DNA of 12,820 bases from Candidatus Bathyarchaeia archaeon (GCA_037481775.1 JBBFKZ010000013.1:36764-49583), one strand, 5' to 3'; shown: positions 1 to 7,555, counted from the stretch's first letter. Numbers and translations are program-made. Notes: generated by a model not told the origin, from the letters alone.

Positions 1-257
1 GAGTTTTTGCTTATCCGCTGGATAAAAGCTGGTTGGGGAAGCAGATAGATCCTGCTCTCATAGAGCGTCTTACGCGTTTAAGTGAAGAGTTCGGCTTAAG
101 CGTTGCAGGCGAGGGCGGCGAAATAGAGACCACTGTTTTAGACGCGCCGATGTTCAAAAAGAAAATTGAAATTTTGGACTCTGCCATTGAAGCGAAAGGC
201 AACTCGGGCGTTTTCATAATCAAAAAGGCACGGTTGACCTCAAAAGTGGTTGAGTAA
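1..257 (+). CDS. dph6: Diphthine--ammonia ligase (Dph6 family), C-terminal part, 5'-truncated by the window edge
   Basis: Frame is open from base 3 (VFAYPLDKSWLGKQID...), so the ORF-track start at 33 is an internal TTG. Contains the family motifs WLG..ID and AGEGGEIETTVLDAPMFKKKI. Confidence 0.88.
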   Translation, partial: VFAYPLDKSWLGKQIDPALIERLTRLSEEFGLSVAGEGGEIETTVLDAPMFKKKIEILDSAIEAKGNSGVFIIKKARLTSKVVE

Positions 258-332
258 AGCGACGTGTAATCTGAACGTTAAAAAGTTAAATGCGTCATCA
301 GATTAGAATATGGCTGGCGAGGCCTTTAGAAA

Positions 333-2747
333 ATGGTAGGCGAGTTGTTGCCGGAAAGTCTCCGTAAAGAATGTGATGCTAATCTCTTGCGATGCGAAAC
401 CACACAGGAACTAAAGCCACTTCAAGAAATAATTGGTCAAGAGCGTGCAGTTCGAGCTTTAAAGTTTGGTTTGGGCATCAGAAATCAGGGTTTCAACATT
501 TACGTGGCAGGCTATCCTGGAACAGGAAGGAAAACCGCGGTTAAAAGCTTCGTGGAGGAAATAGCCCAAGTTGAACCGGTGCCTTCCGACTGGTGCTACG
601 TAAACAACTTTGCCAACCCATATGAACCGAAGGCTATACAGTTGCCCGCTGGAAAAGGGCGGCAGTTCCGCGACGACATGAAATTTCTTATCGACCGCGT
701 CAAAACGGCGCTTCCTAAAGCCTTCGAAAGCGAAGACTATGCCGCAAAAAGAGACGCTACTATCCGCGAAGTAGAAAGGCAAAGGAAAGAGTTAATTGAC
801 AAATTAAATGTTAGGGCGCAGCAGGAAGGCTTCATAATTCAAAGCACTCCTATGGGCTTGCTTCTTATTCCAGTAGTTAATGGTCGTCCGGTCAGCGAGG
901 AAGAATTGTTAAGGTTACCGCCGAAGATGCAGCAGCTAATTCAGGAAAAGCGCGAGCGTCTAGAGGCTGAGTTCCGAAGCGCGATGCGGCAGTTCATTGA
1001 TTTAGAACGGAAAATTCACGAAGCACTTAGAGAGCTCAATCGGGACGTCGCGCTCTACGCCATCGGCAACTTGGTAGAAGAGTTGATTGAAAAATACAAG
1101 GACATGCCTGAAATCGCTGTTTACCTAAAGGACGCGCAAAATGATATTCTGGACAACATAGCTCAGTTCATAAAACAAACTGAACCTCAGCAGCCGCTTC
1201 CTTTTCCGTTGCCTTGGATACGAGAGGCCCCATTCAAAAAATACGAAGTAAACGTGATTGTTGACAACTCCACGCTTAATGGCGCACCCGTTGTAATGGA
1301 GTTTAACCCTACATACCAAAACCTTTTCGGTACAACAGAGAAAGAGGTGCAGTTCGGCGCGCTTATAACTGATTTCACCATGATTCGCGGCGGCTCCCTG
1401 CACAAAGCCAACGGCGGCTACTTGATTATTCCAGTTGAGGATTTGCTTCTAAATCCCTTCGCCTACGAAGGGCTGAAACGTGCCTTAAGAGATGGAAAAA
1501 TCATCATCGAAGAACCTCAGGAGCGCTTTGGTTTTATCAGCACTAAAAGCTTGAAGCCGCAGCCTATTCCGTTAAAAGTTAAAGTAATCCTCATTGGAAG
1601 CCCCTACCTTTATCAGCAACTGTACCTTTTGGACATGGAATTCGCGGAGCTCTTCAAAGTCAAAGCAGAATTCGACACCACAATGCCCCGCACAGAAGAG
1701 AATATACAGCAATACGCGGCTTTCGTCTGCACCCTGTGCCAAAAAGAAAACCTAAAGCATCTCGACAGCACAGGCTTAGCAAAAATAATCGAGTGCAGCC
1801 AACGGCTGTCCCAAGACCAGCAAAAGTTGTCCACCCGTTTCGCCGAAGTCGCTGACATACTTCGAGAAGCCAACTTTTATGCCACACAAGAAAACTCGCG
1901 CTTCATAACCGCTGCTCACGTGAGAAAAGCCATCGAGGAGAAGATCTATCGCTCAAAACTTATCCAAGAGAAAATCCAGGAAATGATCCAAAGAGGCATA
2001 CTCTTAATCGACACGGACGCCGAGAAAATCGGGCAAGTCAACGGCTTATCTGTGATGAGCCTCGGAGACTTCTCCTTTGGTACACCTTCCCGAGTTACCG
2101 CAAGCGTTGGGCTGGGCCAAGAAGGCGTTATCGACATAGAGCGCGAGGCTAAACTGGGCGGGCCCATTCACACGAAGGGCGTTCTTATCCTTAGTGGCTA
2201 CTTAAATGAGAAGTACGCACAGGATAAGCCCCTCAGTCTCTCCGCTAGGCTTGTTTTTGAGCAGAATTACGCTGGTGTGGAAGGTGACAGCGCCTCAAGC
2301 ACTGAATTATATGCCATACTTTCGGCGCTTTCCGGGTTGCCGATAAAGCAGTACATCGCCGTTACGGGCTCAGTGAATCAGAAGGGTGAAGTTCAAGCGA
2401 TAGGCGGCGTTAACGAAAAAATTGAAGGGTTCTTTGAAGTCTGCAAGGCTAAAGGCTTAATCGGCAAGCAGGGTGTGATGATCCCCGAGAGTAACGTGCA
2501 GAACCTGATGCTTAAGGAGGAGGTTGTGGATGCCGTCAGAAACGGGCAATTTCATATTTACGCTGTTAGAACCATTGATGAAGGCATCGAAATTCTGACG
2601 GGTGTTAAAGCTGGTAAAAGACTGGCAGACGGAACTTTCGAGGAGGGCAGCGTAAATTACCGCGTGGACCAGACGCTTAGGGCGATGGCTGAAAAACTAC
2701 GCGAGTTCGCTTCAGCCGAGAGCGCGGCAAAGAAAACTGAAGATTAA
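333..2747 (+). CDS. Lon-family (S16) protease, soluble LonC-like type
   Basis: N-terminal IIGQERAVRAL; degenerate P-loop GYPGTGRKT (510-536); DWCYVNNF; long helical insertion; GSLHKANGGYL; LFKVKAEFD; FEQNYAGVEGDSAS with Ser653 and IGGVNEK with Lys696, the 43-residue Ser-Lys spacing of Lon proteases. No hydrophobic TM insert as in archaeal LonB. Confidence 0.93.
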   Translation: MVGELLPESLRKECDANLLRCETTQELKPLQEIIGQERAVRALKFGLGIRNQGFNIYVAGYPGTGRKTAVKSFVEEIAQVEPVPSDWCYVNNFANPYEPKAIQLPAGKGRQFRDDMKFLIDRVKTALPKAFESEDYAAKRDATIREVERQRKELIDKLNVRAQQEGFIIQSTPMGLLLIPVVNGRPVSEEELLRLPPKMQQLIQEKRERLEAEFRSAMRQFIDLERKIHEALRELNRDVALYAIGNLVEELIEKYKDMPEIAVYLKDAQNDILDNIAQFIKQTEPQQPLPFPLPWIREAPFKKYEVNVIVDNSTLNGAPVVMEFNPTYQNLFGTTEKEVQFGALITDFTMIRGGSLHKANGGYLIIPVEDLLLNPFAYEGLKRALRDGKIIIEEPQERFGFISTKSLKPQPIPLKVKVILIGSPYLYQQLYLLDMEFAELFKVKAEFDTTMPRTEENIQQYAAFVCTLCQKENLKHLDSTGLAKIIECSQRLSQDQQKLSTRFAEVADILREANFYATQENSRFITAAHVRKAIEEKIYRSKLIQEKIQEMIQRGILLIDTDAEKIGQVNGLSVMSLGDFSFGTPSRVTASVGLGQEGVIDIEREAKLGGPIHTKGVLILSGYLNEKYAQDKPLSLSARLVFEQNYAGVEGDSASSTELYAILSALSGLPIKQYIAVTGSVNQKGEVQAIGGVNEKIEGFFEVCKAKGLIGKQGVMIPESNVQNLMLKEEVVDAVRNGQFHIYAVRTIDEGIEILTGVKAGKRLADGTFEEGSVNYRVDQTLRAMAEKLREFASAESAAKKTED

Positions 2748-2750
2748 CTT

Positions 2751-3548
2751 TCACTTTCGCTCGATCAACTTTATTTCAAAGAGTTTTGACCATAATTTTC
2801 CGGTCACGAAAATCCTGTCCGCCTCTTGGTCATAGGCAATTCCATTAAGCACGCTGTTTGGGTTCTGATTTGCTTGCGGGTAAATCCCTGCTAAGTCAAT
2901 CCAGCCTTTGACTTGGCCTGTCTCAGGGTTGATGATGGCGATTCTATCTTCGCCCCACACGTTAGCGTAAACGTCTCCTTTGACAAACTCCAGTTCATTA
3001 AGTCTTGTCACCGATGTGTTTCCGTCATGAACCTCAACTTGGCCAATCTTCTGGAAGGTTTCAGGATCCAAAAAGTACAGGTTTGCTGTTCCATCGCTCA
3101 TTATTAGCTTCTTGCCATCATGCGTAATACCCCAGCCCTCAGTTGGATAACTAAAGTTCCGTATTAACGCAAATGTCTGCTTGTCATACACGAAGCCTAC
3201 ATGGTTCTGCCAGGTCAGCTGGATAATTTTGCCGTTGAAAATTGTGATGCCTTCACCGAAAAATTCGCTGGGCAAACTATGCATCTGCAGGACTGTGCCT
3301 GTTTCCAAGTTTACCCTACGCAATGAAGAGTAACCCCATAACCCCGTGCCTTCGTAAAGCACACCCTGATCGATGACTAACCCCTGGGTGAACGCGTTTG
3401 GATCATGTGGATAAACCTTCACAACTTCATAAGTGTAGGCCAACGGTGCGCGGCTCGCGGGTGCCCCCGTAAGCGTGAGAAATGCGCCAGTGCCCAGCGC
3501 AAGTGCGGCTACAATCAAGAGAATGGCAGCTAAATTTTGCTTTTTCAT
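2751..3548 (-). CDS. Glutaminyl-peptide cyclotransferase (plant/bacterial-type QC, beta-propeller), exported or membrane-anchored
   Basis: Motifs YPHDPNAFTQGL, LYEGTG, FFGEGIT, QLTW, EGWGIT, MSDGT, LNELE, YANVW, VLNGIAYD, VTGKLW. N-terminus MKKQ followed by a hydrophobic stretch. Confidence 0.93.
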   Translation of the reverse strand: MKKQNLAAILLIVAALALGTGAFLTLTGAPASRAPLAYTYEVVKVYPHDPNAFTQGLVIDQGVLYEGTGLWGYSSLRRVNLETGTVLQMHSLPSEFFGEGITIFNGKIIQLTWQNHVGFVYDKQTFALIRNFSYPTEGWGITHDGKKLIMSDGTANLYFLDPETFQKIGQVEVHDGNTSVTRLNELEFVKGDVYANVWGEDRIAIINPETGQVKGWIDLAGIYPQANQNPNSVLNGIAYDQEADRIFVTGKLWSKLFEIKLIERK

Positions 3549-3616
3549 GTCCCTTTTCCAGTTATTCTTTCTACTTAGGTCACTTATGCCTTTCCCTTTC
3601 GTTTTGCTGCAGTTTT

Positions 3617-3631
3617 GAATAAATTTATATC
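3617..3631 (+). promoter_or_regulatory. Putative BRE/TATA (GAATAAA-TTTATAT) for the desulforedoxin-like gene
   Basis: TTTATAT at 3624-3630 preceded by a purine-rich stretch, ~55 nt upstream of TTG 3684. Confidence 0.5.
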
Positions 3632-3683
3632 TAAAAAGCGCAGAAAATATAGTGTTGCTAGCGCATGTGGATGGTGCTATTTT

Positions 3684-3863
3684 TTGGCGAAAAAAGGTGA
3701 AAAATACAAGTGCGAAGAATGCGGCCTAATCGTGTTGGTTGAGGATCCCTGCGGGTGTGAGCCAGTTGAGATAATCTGCTGCGGTGCGCCTATGAAACCC
3801 GTTAAGGAAACTGCTAAGGCGAAGGCTAAACCTAAAGCTGAATCAAAAGCTAAGAAGCAATAA
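3684..3863 (+). CDS. Small desulforedoxin-like (CxxC...CC) metal-binding protein, 59 aa, with Lys/Ala-rich tail
   Basis: Start re-placed at TTG 3684 (SD-like GGATGGTG 3669-3676): MAKKGEKYKCEECGLIVLVEDPCGCEPVEIICCGAPMKPVKETAKAKAKPKAESKAKKQ. YKCxxCG..V.V...CCG.PM matches the desulforedoxin/desulfoferrodoxin N-terminal pattern. Confidence 0.75.
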   Translation: MAKKGEKYKCEECGLIVLVEDPCGCEPVEIICCGAPMKPVKETAKAKAKPKAESKAKKQ

Positions 3864-3876
3864 GCGTAGCTGCTAT

Positions 3877-3897
3877 CCTCTCCTTTTTCTCTTTTAA
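3877..3897 (+). terminator. Pyrimidine/oligo-T terminator
   Basis: CCTCTCCTTTTTCTCTTTTAA shortly after the stop codon; same C-rich, T-run, AA form as after 8374 and 12423. Confidence 0.5.
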
Positions 3898-4006
3898 TTA
3901 CCGCGAATTACAAATGCCTTTTTCAACTGTGCTTATTTGGCGTCTGTATTGTAAATAAATAAAACTTATTACATCTCTGCGACTGTAAAGTGTATCGGGT
4001 GCACTT

Positions 4007-4222
4007 TTGAAAATAATAAAAGAAGAGCGGAAACGCAGCAAAGCGCTTATACTTCTGCTTCTTCCCGCTATCGTTTTCATCTGGATGATCGGATGGAGCC
4101 TATACTGGATCGGTCACCAGAAAGAGCGTCAGAAGGCAAAGCCTATTGAGGCTCGAGAGCCGGATTATGTTCACTTAATGCCCATGGCGATTGAAGAACC
4201 TTTGGAAGCCCGAAGCGAATAA
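4007..4222 (+). CDS. Small single-pass membrane protein, hypothetical
   Basis: TTG start with SD-like GGGTG (3997-4001); basic N-terminus, hydrophobic Trp-rich segment LILLLLPAIVFIWMIGWSLYWIG, charged tail. Confidence 0.6.
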   Translation: MKIIKEERKRSKALILLLLPAIVFIWMIGWSLYWIGHQKERQKAKPIEAREPDYVHLMPMAIEEPLEARSE

Positions 4223-4351
4223 GAGCACCGTGCTGCGTAAGTGCTAAACGAAAATGAGTAAAGTACGATGATAGTTATTTTTTCCACTGTTGTGTCATAT
4301 AACGAAAGGTGCCAGGCGGGCACTGCTGTTTTTCAAATTGCGCTTATGCTT

Positions 4352-4753
4352 TTAGAAGAATCTGCGCTTCTTTTTTTCCTGGTTCCCGGGGCTTTCAGCT
4401 AAGACGCTGCCTGTTGCCACTGTCATGGTGACGGCACCTGCAGTTTCAAGCTGCTCTGCTTCTTCCTCAGCGGCAGGCGCTTCTGCTGGTTGCGGCTGTT
4501 GCAGCTTTGCTTCGAGCTCTTTCTTTTTGGCTTCCATTTGGTCTATGGCTTCTTTGAGTGCTCTGTTGCGGTTTTTCAATTCTTCAACTATTGCCTTCTC
4601 TCTTTTTAGCTCTTCAAAGGCTATTTTTTCTTCAAGCGTCTTTAGCGTGTTCTCCAATTCTTTCTGTTTTTCTTGGAGGACGCGAGTTTCTGCCTCAAGT
4701 TCCATTCGCATAGAGCGCAGTTGTTCAAGTTCCTGTTTTATGCTCATCGCCAT
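4352..4753 (-). CDS. Coiled-coil hypothetical protein
   Basis: E/K/L-rich heptad pattern over ~85 aa, then a Pro/Ala/Glu linker and C-terminal KKKRRFF. Start at 4753 or 4747. Confidence 0.7.
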   Translation of the reverse strand: MAMSIKQELEQLRSMRMELEAETRVLQEKQKELENTLKTLEEKIAFEELKREKAIVEELKNRNRALKEAIDQMEAKKKELEAKLQQPQPAEAPAAEEEAEQLETAGAVTMTVATGSVLAESPGNQEKKKRRFF

Positions 4754-4925
4754 CCAGTTTACAACATTGATAAATTAGAAAAATAGTTTTGTGAAAAACC
4801 AATCCATACTCCAAATCAGAATTGGAACACATTGGGAAGCGGAGTGCGCTTGCGTAATCTCCCAGCGCTTGCTGAAAGTTATTAAGGAACCCGTTGCATT
4901 CTAAATGGAGTCGAGTGGATAATTG

Positions 4926-5276
4926 TTGAGCTTTAAGAGACATATGCATCCGAAAGTCAGCAACGCCGAAATAGAGCTGTTCAAGGCGCTGAGTGCGGCG
5001 GGTCTAACCAATGGCATGGTAACCCAGAAGCCAATCGTGCTGAAAGCCACTGTTCCTGATTTTTGCTGGCTTGACAAGCGGAAAGCCGTCTACCTGGACG
5101 GTTTGCAAGCGCACTCTGGCGATAAGCAGCAGGAGCGCGACGAGGAGGTCCGCGTGCTGCTTGAGGAAAAAGGCTGGGATGTGCTTCGCATACCATACAA
5201 GCCGCCTTTAAGCGGGAAAGAACTGCAAAGAATAGTTGCGCTGATCCGAGATTTCCTAGGAACAAGTGACGAGTAA
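4926..5276 (+). CDS. DUF559/Vsr-like endonuclease domain protein
   Basis: S.AE..LF..L, then PDFCW...AVYLDG...H......RD.....L...GWDVLRI, the layout of DUF559/Vsr-type nucleases. Start uncertain (TTG 4923/4926 or ATG 4944). Confidence 0.68.
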   Translation: MSFKRHMHPKVSNAEIELFKALSAAGLTNGMVTQKPIVLKATVPDFCWLDKRKAVYLDGLQAHSGDKQQERDEEVRVLLEEKGWDVLRIPYKPPLSGKELQRIVALIRDFLGTSDE

Positions 5277-5353
5277 AGCTTTTTTCCGCGTTTAAATGTA
5301 CCCTGATTTTTGTAGGCGTAGCCATGAGTTTTAGAGTAATGCTCACGTTTAAG

Positions 5354-5396
5354 TTTGAAACGCTTGTTTCATCGTGTTCCTTAACTATACTTTTGC
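5354..5396 (+). promoter_or_regulatory. Conserved upstream element, copy A (contains palindrome GAAAC-GCTT-GTTTC, 5357-5370)
   Basis: TTTGAAACGCTTGTTTCATCGTGTTCCTTAA-CTATACTTTTGC aligns with 7487-7530 at 34/44 columns; ends 23 nt before ATG 5420. Confidence 0.65.
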
Positions 5397-5419
5397 TACT
5401 TATTAGTTTGTGATGTAGA

Positions 5420-6463
5420 ATGCTGCTCAAAAGCCGACTTACCGCTTTGCTAATAATCGCGCTACTTGTTATTACAGTGCTTCCTGCGTCTGCTATGCTT
5501 TATGGTCAAGCCTCCGTTCAGGCGGCTCCTGCGGAAGAGATGATTAAACTAGCTGATCGCGCGGCGCAGCAAGTTAAAAATCTAATAGATCTTGTGCAAG
5601 TTAATGAGACTGCTCTCCAAGCGATCGAAAGCGTAGGTCTTGATGCTGCGTTGGAAGGCAATGTTTCTCTCTACAATGAAGGCGCTAGAAAGCTGTCTGC
5701 TGCTCATGACGCGCTTGCAATGGTTGATTACGAGGCTGCTGTTGATTACGCAACTGAGTCTCTGCGCATTTTCAGAGAAGTTTTCCAATCAATACATGTG
5801 ATCCTTGAGAAAGCAGAGCTCCAGAAGGGGCAGATGGTTGACAATCAAGGATTACTAGAGGCTATAACACGAGAGATACAAAGAATAGACTGTCTGCGGG
5901 AAGTTCTGCTTGAAGATGTGCCTGAAGAAATTGAACAGTGGCTTGATAATGCCAAATCTCTTCTAGACATGGATGCTGCCAGAGCGCTGCTTTTAGAGGG
6001 TAATGCTGCAGAGGTTATTTCCCGTTTACAGAGCGCAAAAGAGATGCTTTCACAAGTTTACGCTTACTTGAAGGCAAAGGCCAAGGAATCTACTGCTTGG
6101 CGTATCTATAATTATTGCCAAAGAATTCGCGAAAGAATTAGTGAAGAATTTAGGCGAGGAAACCAAACGGGCGTCGACTTCACCGGTGTTCTCGAATCTT
6201 TGGGTTACCAAAACGAAAACCAGTTCATGGAAGCCTTGGAGGGTCGAATTCAAGTGGTCCAAAACAAAACAGATGATTTTCAGAGTGTGAGGCGTGCTTT
6301 GGAGGAGCTTGGGCAAATGGTTCAAGAAATGGATCAAGCGCTTACACAGGAAATGAAAAGGTGTCAAGGTGGTTCTGGTTCAGGCGGCGTCGGCAGCAAC
6401 TCGGGTTCAAGCAACGGCGGCATGGTTGACGGCTACGGGCAAGGTAATGGCGGTAAGCCATAA
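5420..6463 (+). CDS. Secreted all-alpha-helical protein of unknown function with Gly/Ser/Asn-rich C-terminal tail
   Basis: Signal peptide MLLKSRLTALLIIALLVITVLPASA; amphipathic helical A/E/L/Q-rich body; GGSGSGGVGSNSGSSNGG tail; SD-like GTGAT at 5410-5414. Confidence 0.82.
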   Translation: MLLKSRLTALLIIALLVITVLPASAMLYGQASVQAAPAEEMIKLADRAAQQVKNLIDLVQVNETALQAIESVGLDAALEGNVSLYNEGARKLSAAHDALAMVDYEAAVDYATESLRIFREVFQSIHVILEKAELQKGQMVDNQGLLEAITREIQRIDCLREVLLEDVPEEIEQWLDNAKSLLDMDAARALLLEGNAAEVISRLQSAKEMLSQVYAYLKAKAKESTAWRIYNYCQRIRERISEEFRRGNQTGVDFTGVLESLGYQNENQFMEALEGRIQVVQNKTDDFQSVRRALEELGQMVQEMDQALTQEMKRCQGGSGSGGVGSNSGSSNGGMVDGYGQGNGGKP

Positions 6464-6503
6464 AAAGCATGTTTATAAGCAGAATTTTCCTGTTTTTTCT
6501 TGG

Positions 6504-7385
6504 CTATTTGAGTTCTACCTGGTTCTCAAGCCCGATCTTTTTTACTTCAACTATCTCTAGCCTTTCCAGTCTTCTAACCAGTCTCCAAAGGCTTGTTCGT
6601 GGCATATCTGAGAATCTTTCTCTTATCTCTGCCTCAAAGGCCTTGCCACCTTTTTCCGCTAGAAACTTTATCACTTCTTTATCTTCCTGTTTTAACTGAG
6701 GGTTGGATTTCAGTATTTTCTTAATGTTAGGCCCTCTTCTTCGCTTAACGATCAGTAATGCTGACAGAAGAGCCGCGGCTGCCGCGAATATGATTGCTGT
6801 TAAATATTCTGTTGGAATTGTAGCTTGGGTGGCGCTGTTGCCTTCGCTTTCTTCCTCATGCTGTATTGGTAGCACGTAGCTTATCTCCCATTTGCTGGGC
6901 TGTAATGATAGGACTATACAAGTGCCTGTTGTGTCTATTGCGGTTGGTACATCACTTAGATAAATCACTGTTGCGTTCTGAGGTAGAGAGACTTTCACGT
7001 TATATGGTGCATCGGCAACGAGGGTCCACACTTCCGCTTCTTTCTTTGTAAGTGCAAGTGTTTCATATTCAACCGAAACATGCTTTGCGCCTAAGGTGAA
7101 GATGGTTATTTTGTCGCCATTCAGCTCATAGTCCACTGGCATCTGATTTTCATCAAGCACCATTACATTCTCAATAGACGAGGATAGAAGCGACAGCGTT
7201 ATTTCAGGAGATAACTCGTTTGCGGCTAAAGTTTGTGTGACATGAACCAAGCCATCTCTATATATCGTAAGGTTTGTGGCTTCAACTTCGAACAGCGCTT
7301 GTCCTGCAGCTGTTGCAAACATGCTTATGGGTAGCAATAGCATGAGTAAGGTTGCGAGGATGAGCTGTTTGCTGCAGAGTTCCAT
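6504..7385 (-). CDS. Membrane-spanning one-component regulator: signal peptide, extracellular beta-rich domain, TM, cytoplasmic winged HTH (COG2512-like)
   Basis: Start more likely ATG 7385 (MELCSKQLILATLLMLLLP...). TM YLTAIIFAAAAALLSALLIV followed by KRRR. C-terminal LKQEDKEVIKFLAEKGGKAFEAEIRERFSDMPRTSLWRLVRRLERLEIVEVKKIGLENQVELK has a wHTH pattern. Confidence 0.82.
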   Translation of the reverse strand: MELCSKQLILATLLMLLLPISMFATAAGQALFEVEATNLTIYRDGLVHVTQTLAANELSPEITLSLLSSSIENVMVLDENQMPVDYELNGDKITIFTLGAKHVSVEYETLALTKKEAEVWTLVADAPYNVKVSLPQNATVIYLSDVPTAIDTTGTCIVLSLQPSKWEISYVLPIQHEEESEGNSATQATIPTEYLTAIIFAAAAALLSALLIVKRRRGPNIKKILKSNPQLKQEDKEVIKFLAEKGGKAFEAEIRERFSDMPRTSLWRLVRRLERLEIVEVKKIGLENQVELK

Positions 7386-7450
7386 TTTTCCCCGCGTTAA
7401 TTTAGTCTTTCTTAAGATTATATTTTTTGTGTATCCGCTATACAGGTACA

Positions 7451-7482
7451 TTTAGTTTGGACAAGCGTGGAACAAGTATTCC
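7451..7482 (-). promoter_or_regulatory. Conserved upstream element, degenerate copy C, oriented toward the regulator gene
   Basis: Minus strand GGAATACTTGTTCCACGCTTGTCCAAACTAAA: 15/24 identity to copy A (5357-5380), followed by AAACTAAA as in copy B; contains near-palindrome GGAAC-AAGT-ATTCC (7469-7482). Confidence 0.5.
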
Positions 7483-7486
7483 TACT

Positions 7487-7530
7487 TTTGGAACGCTTTT
7501 CTCGCAGTGTCCCTTAAACTAAACTTTAGC
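7487..7530 (+). promoter_or_regulatory. Conserved upstream element, copy B
   Basis: TTTGGAACGCTTTTCTCGCAGTGTCCCTTAAACTAAACTTTAGC; ends 25 nt before GTG 7556; SD GGTGAT at 7545-7550. Confidence 0.65.
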
Positions 7531-7555
7531 ATTTACTTTTATCCGGTGATTCAGT

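Noticed and set aside
3615-3683. N-terminal extension of the desulforedoxin-like ORF with two more Cys
   Set aside because: Overlaps the TATA box and SD; TTG 3684 fits the domain start.
4223-4351. Short inverted repeats (AGCAC-C-GTGCT; GTGCC-AGGCG-GGCAC) as an ncRNA or ribozyme
   Set aside because: Stems of only 5-6 bp and no C/D box, tRNA or hammerhead core; at most terminator-related.
4425-4778. Plus-strand Ser/Phe-rich 117-aa ORF
   Set aside because: Typical antisense translation of the Glu/Lys-rich coiled-coil gene.
4981-5430. Minus-strand 149-aa ORF
   Set aside because: Overlaps the DUF559-like gene and promoter copy A; no recognisable motifs.
7386-7451. 22-codon N-terminal extension of the regulator in the ORF track
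   Set aside because: ATG 7385 gives a normal signal peptide; the extension covers AT-rich promoter-like sequence.
7469-7482. Resemblance of the palindrome to the Gram-positive LexA box GAAC-N4-GTTC
   Set aside because: Archaeal context, non-SOS neighbouring genes and a local wHTH as the simpler explanation.
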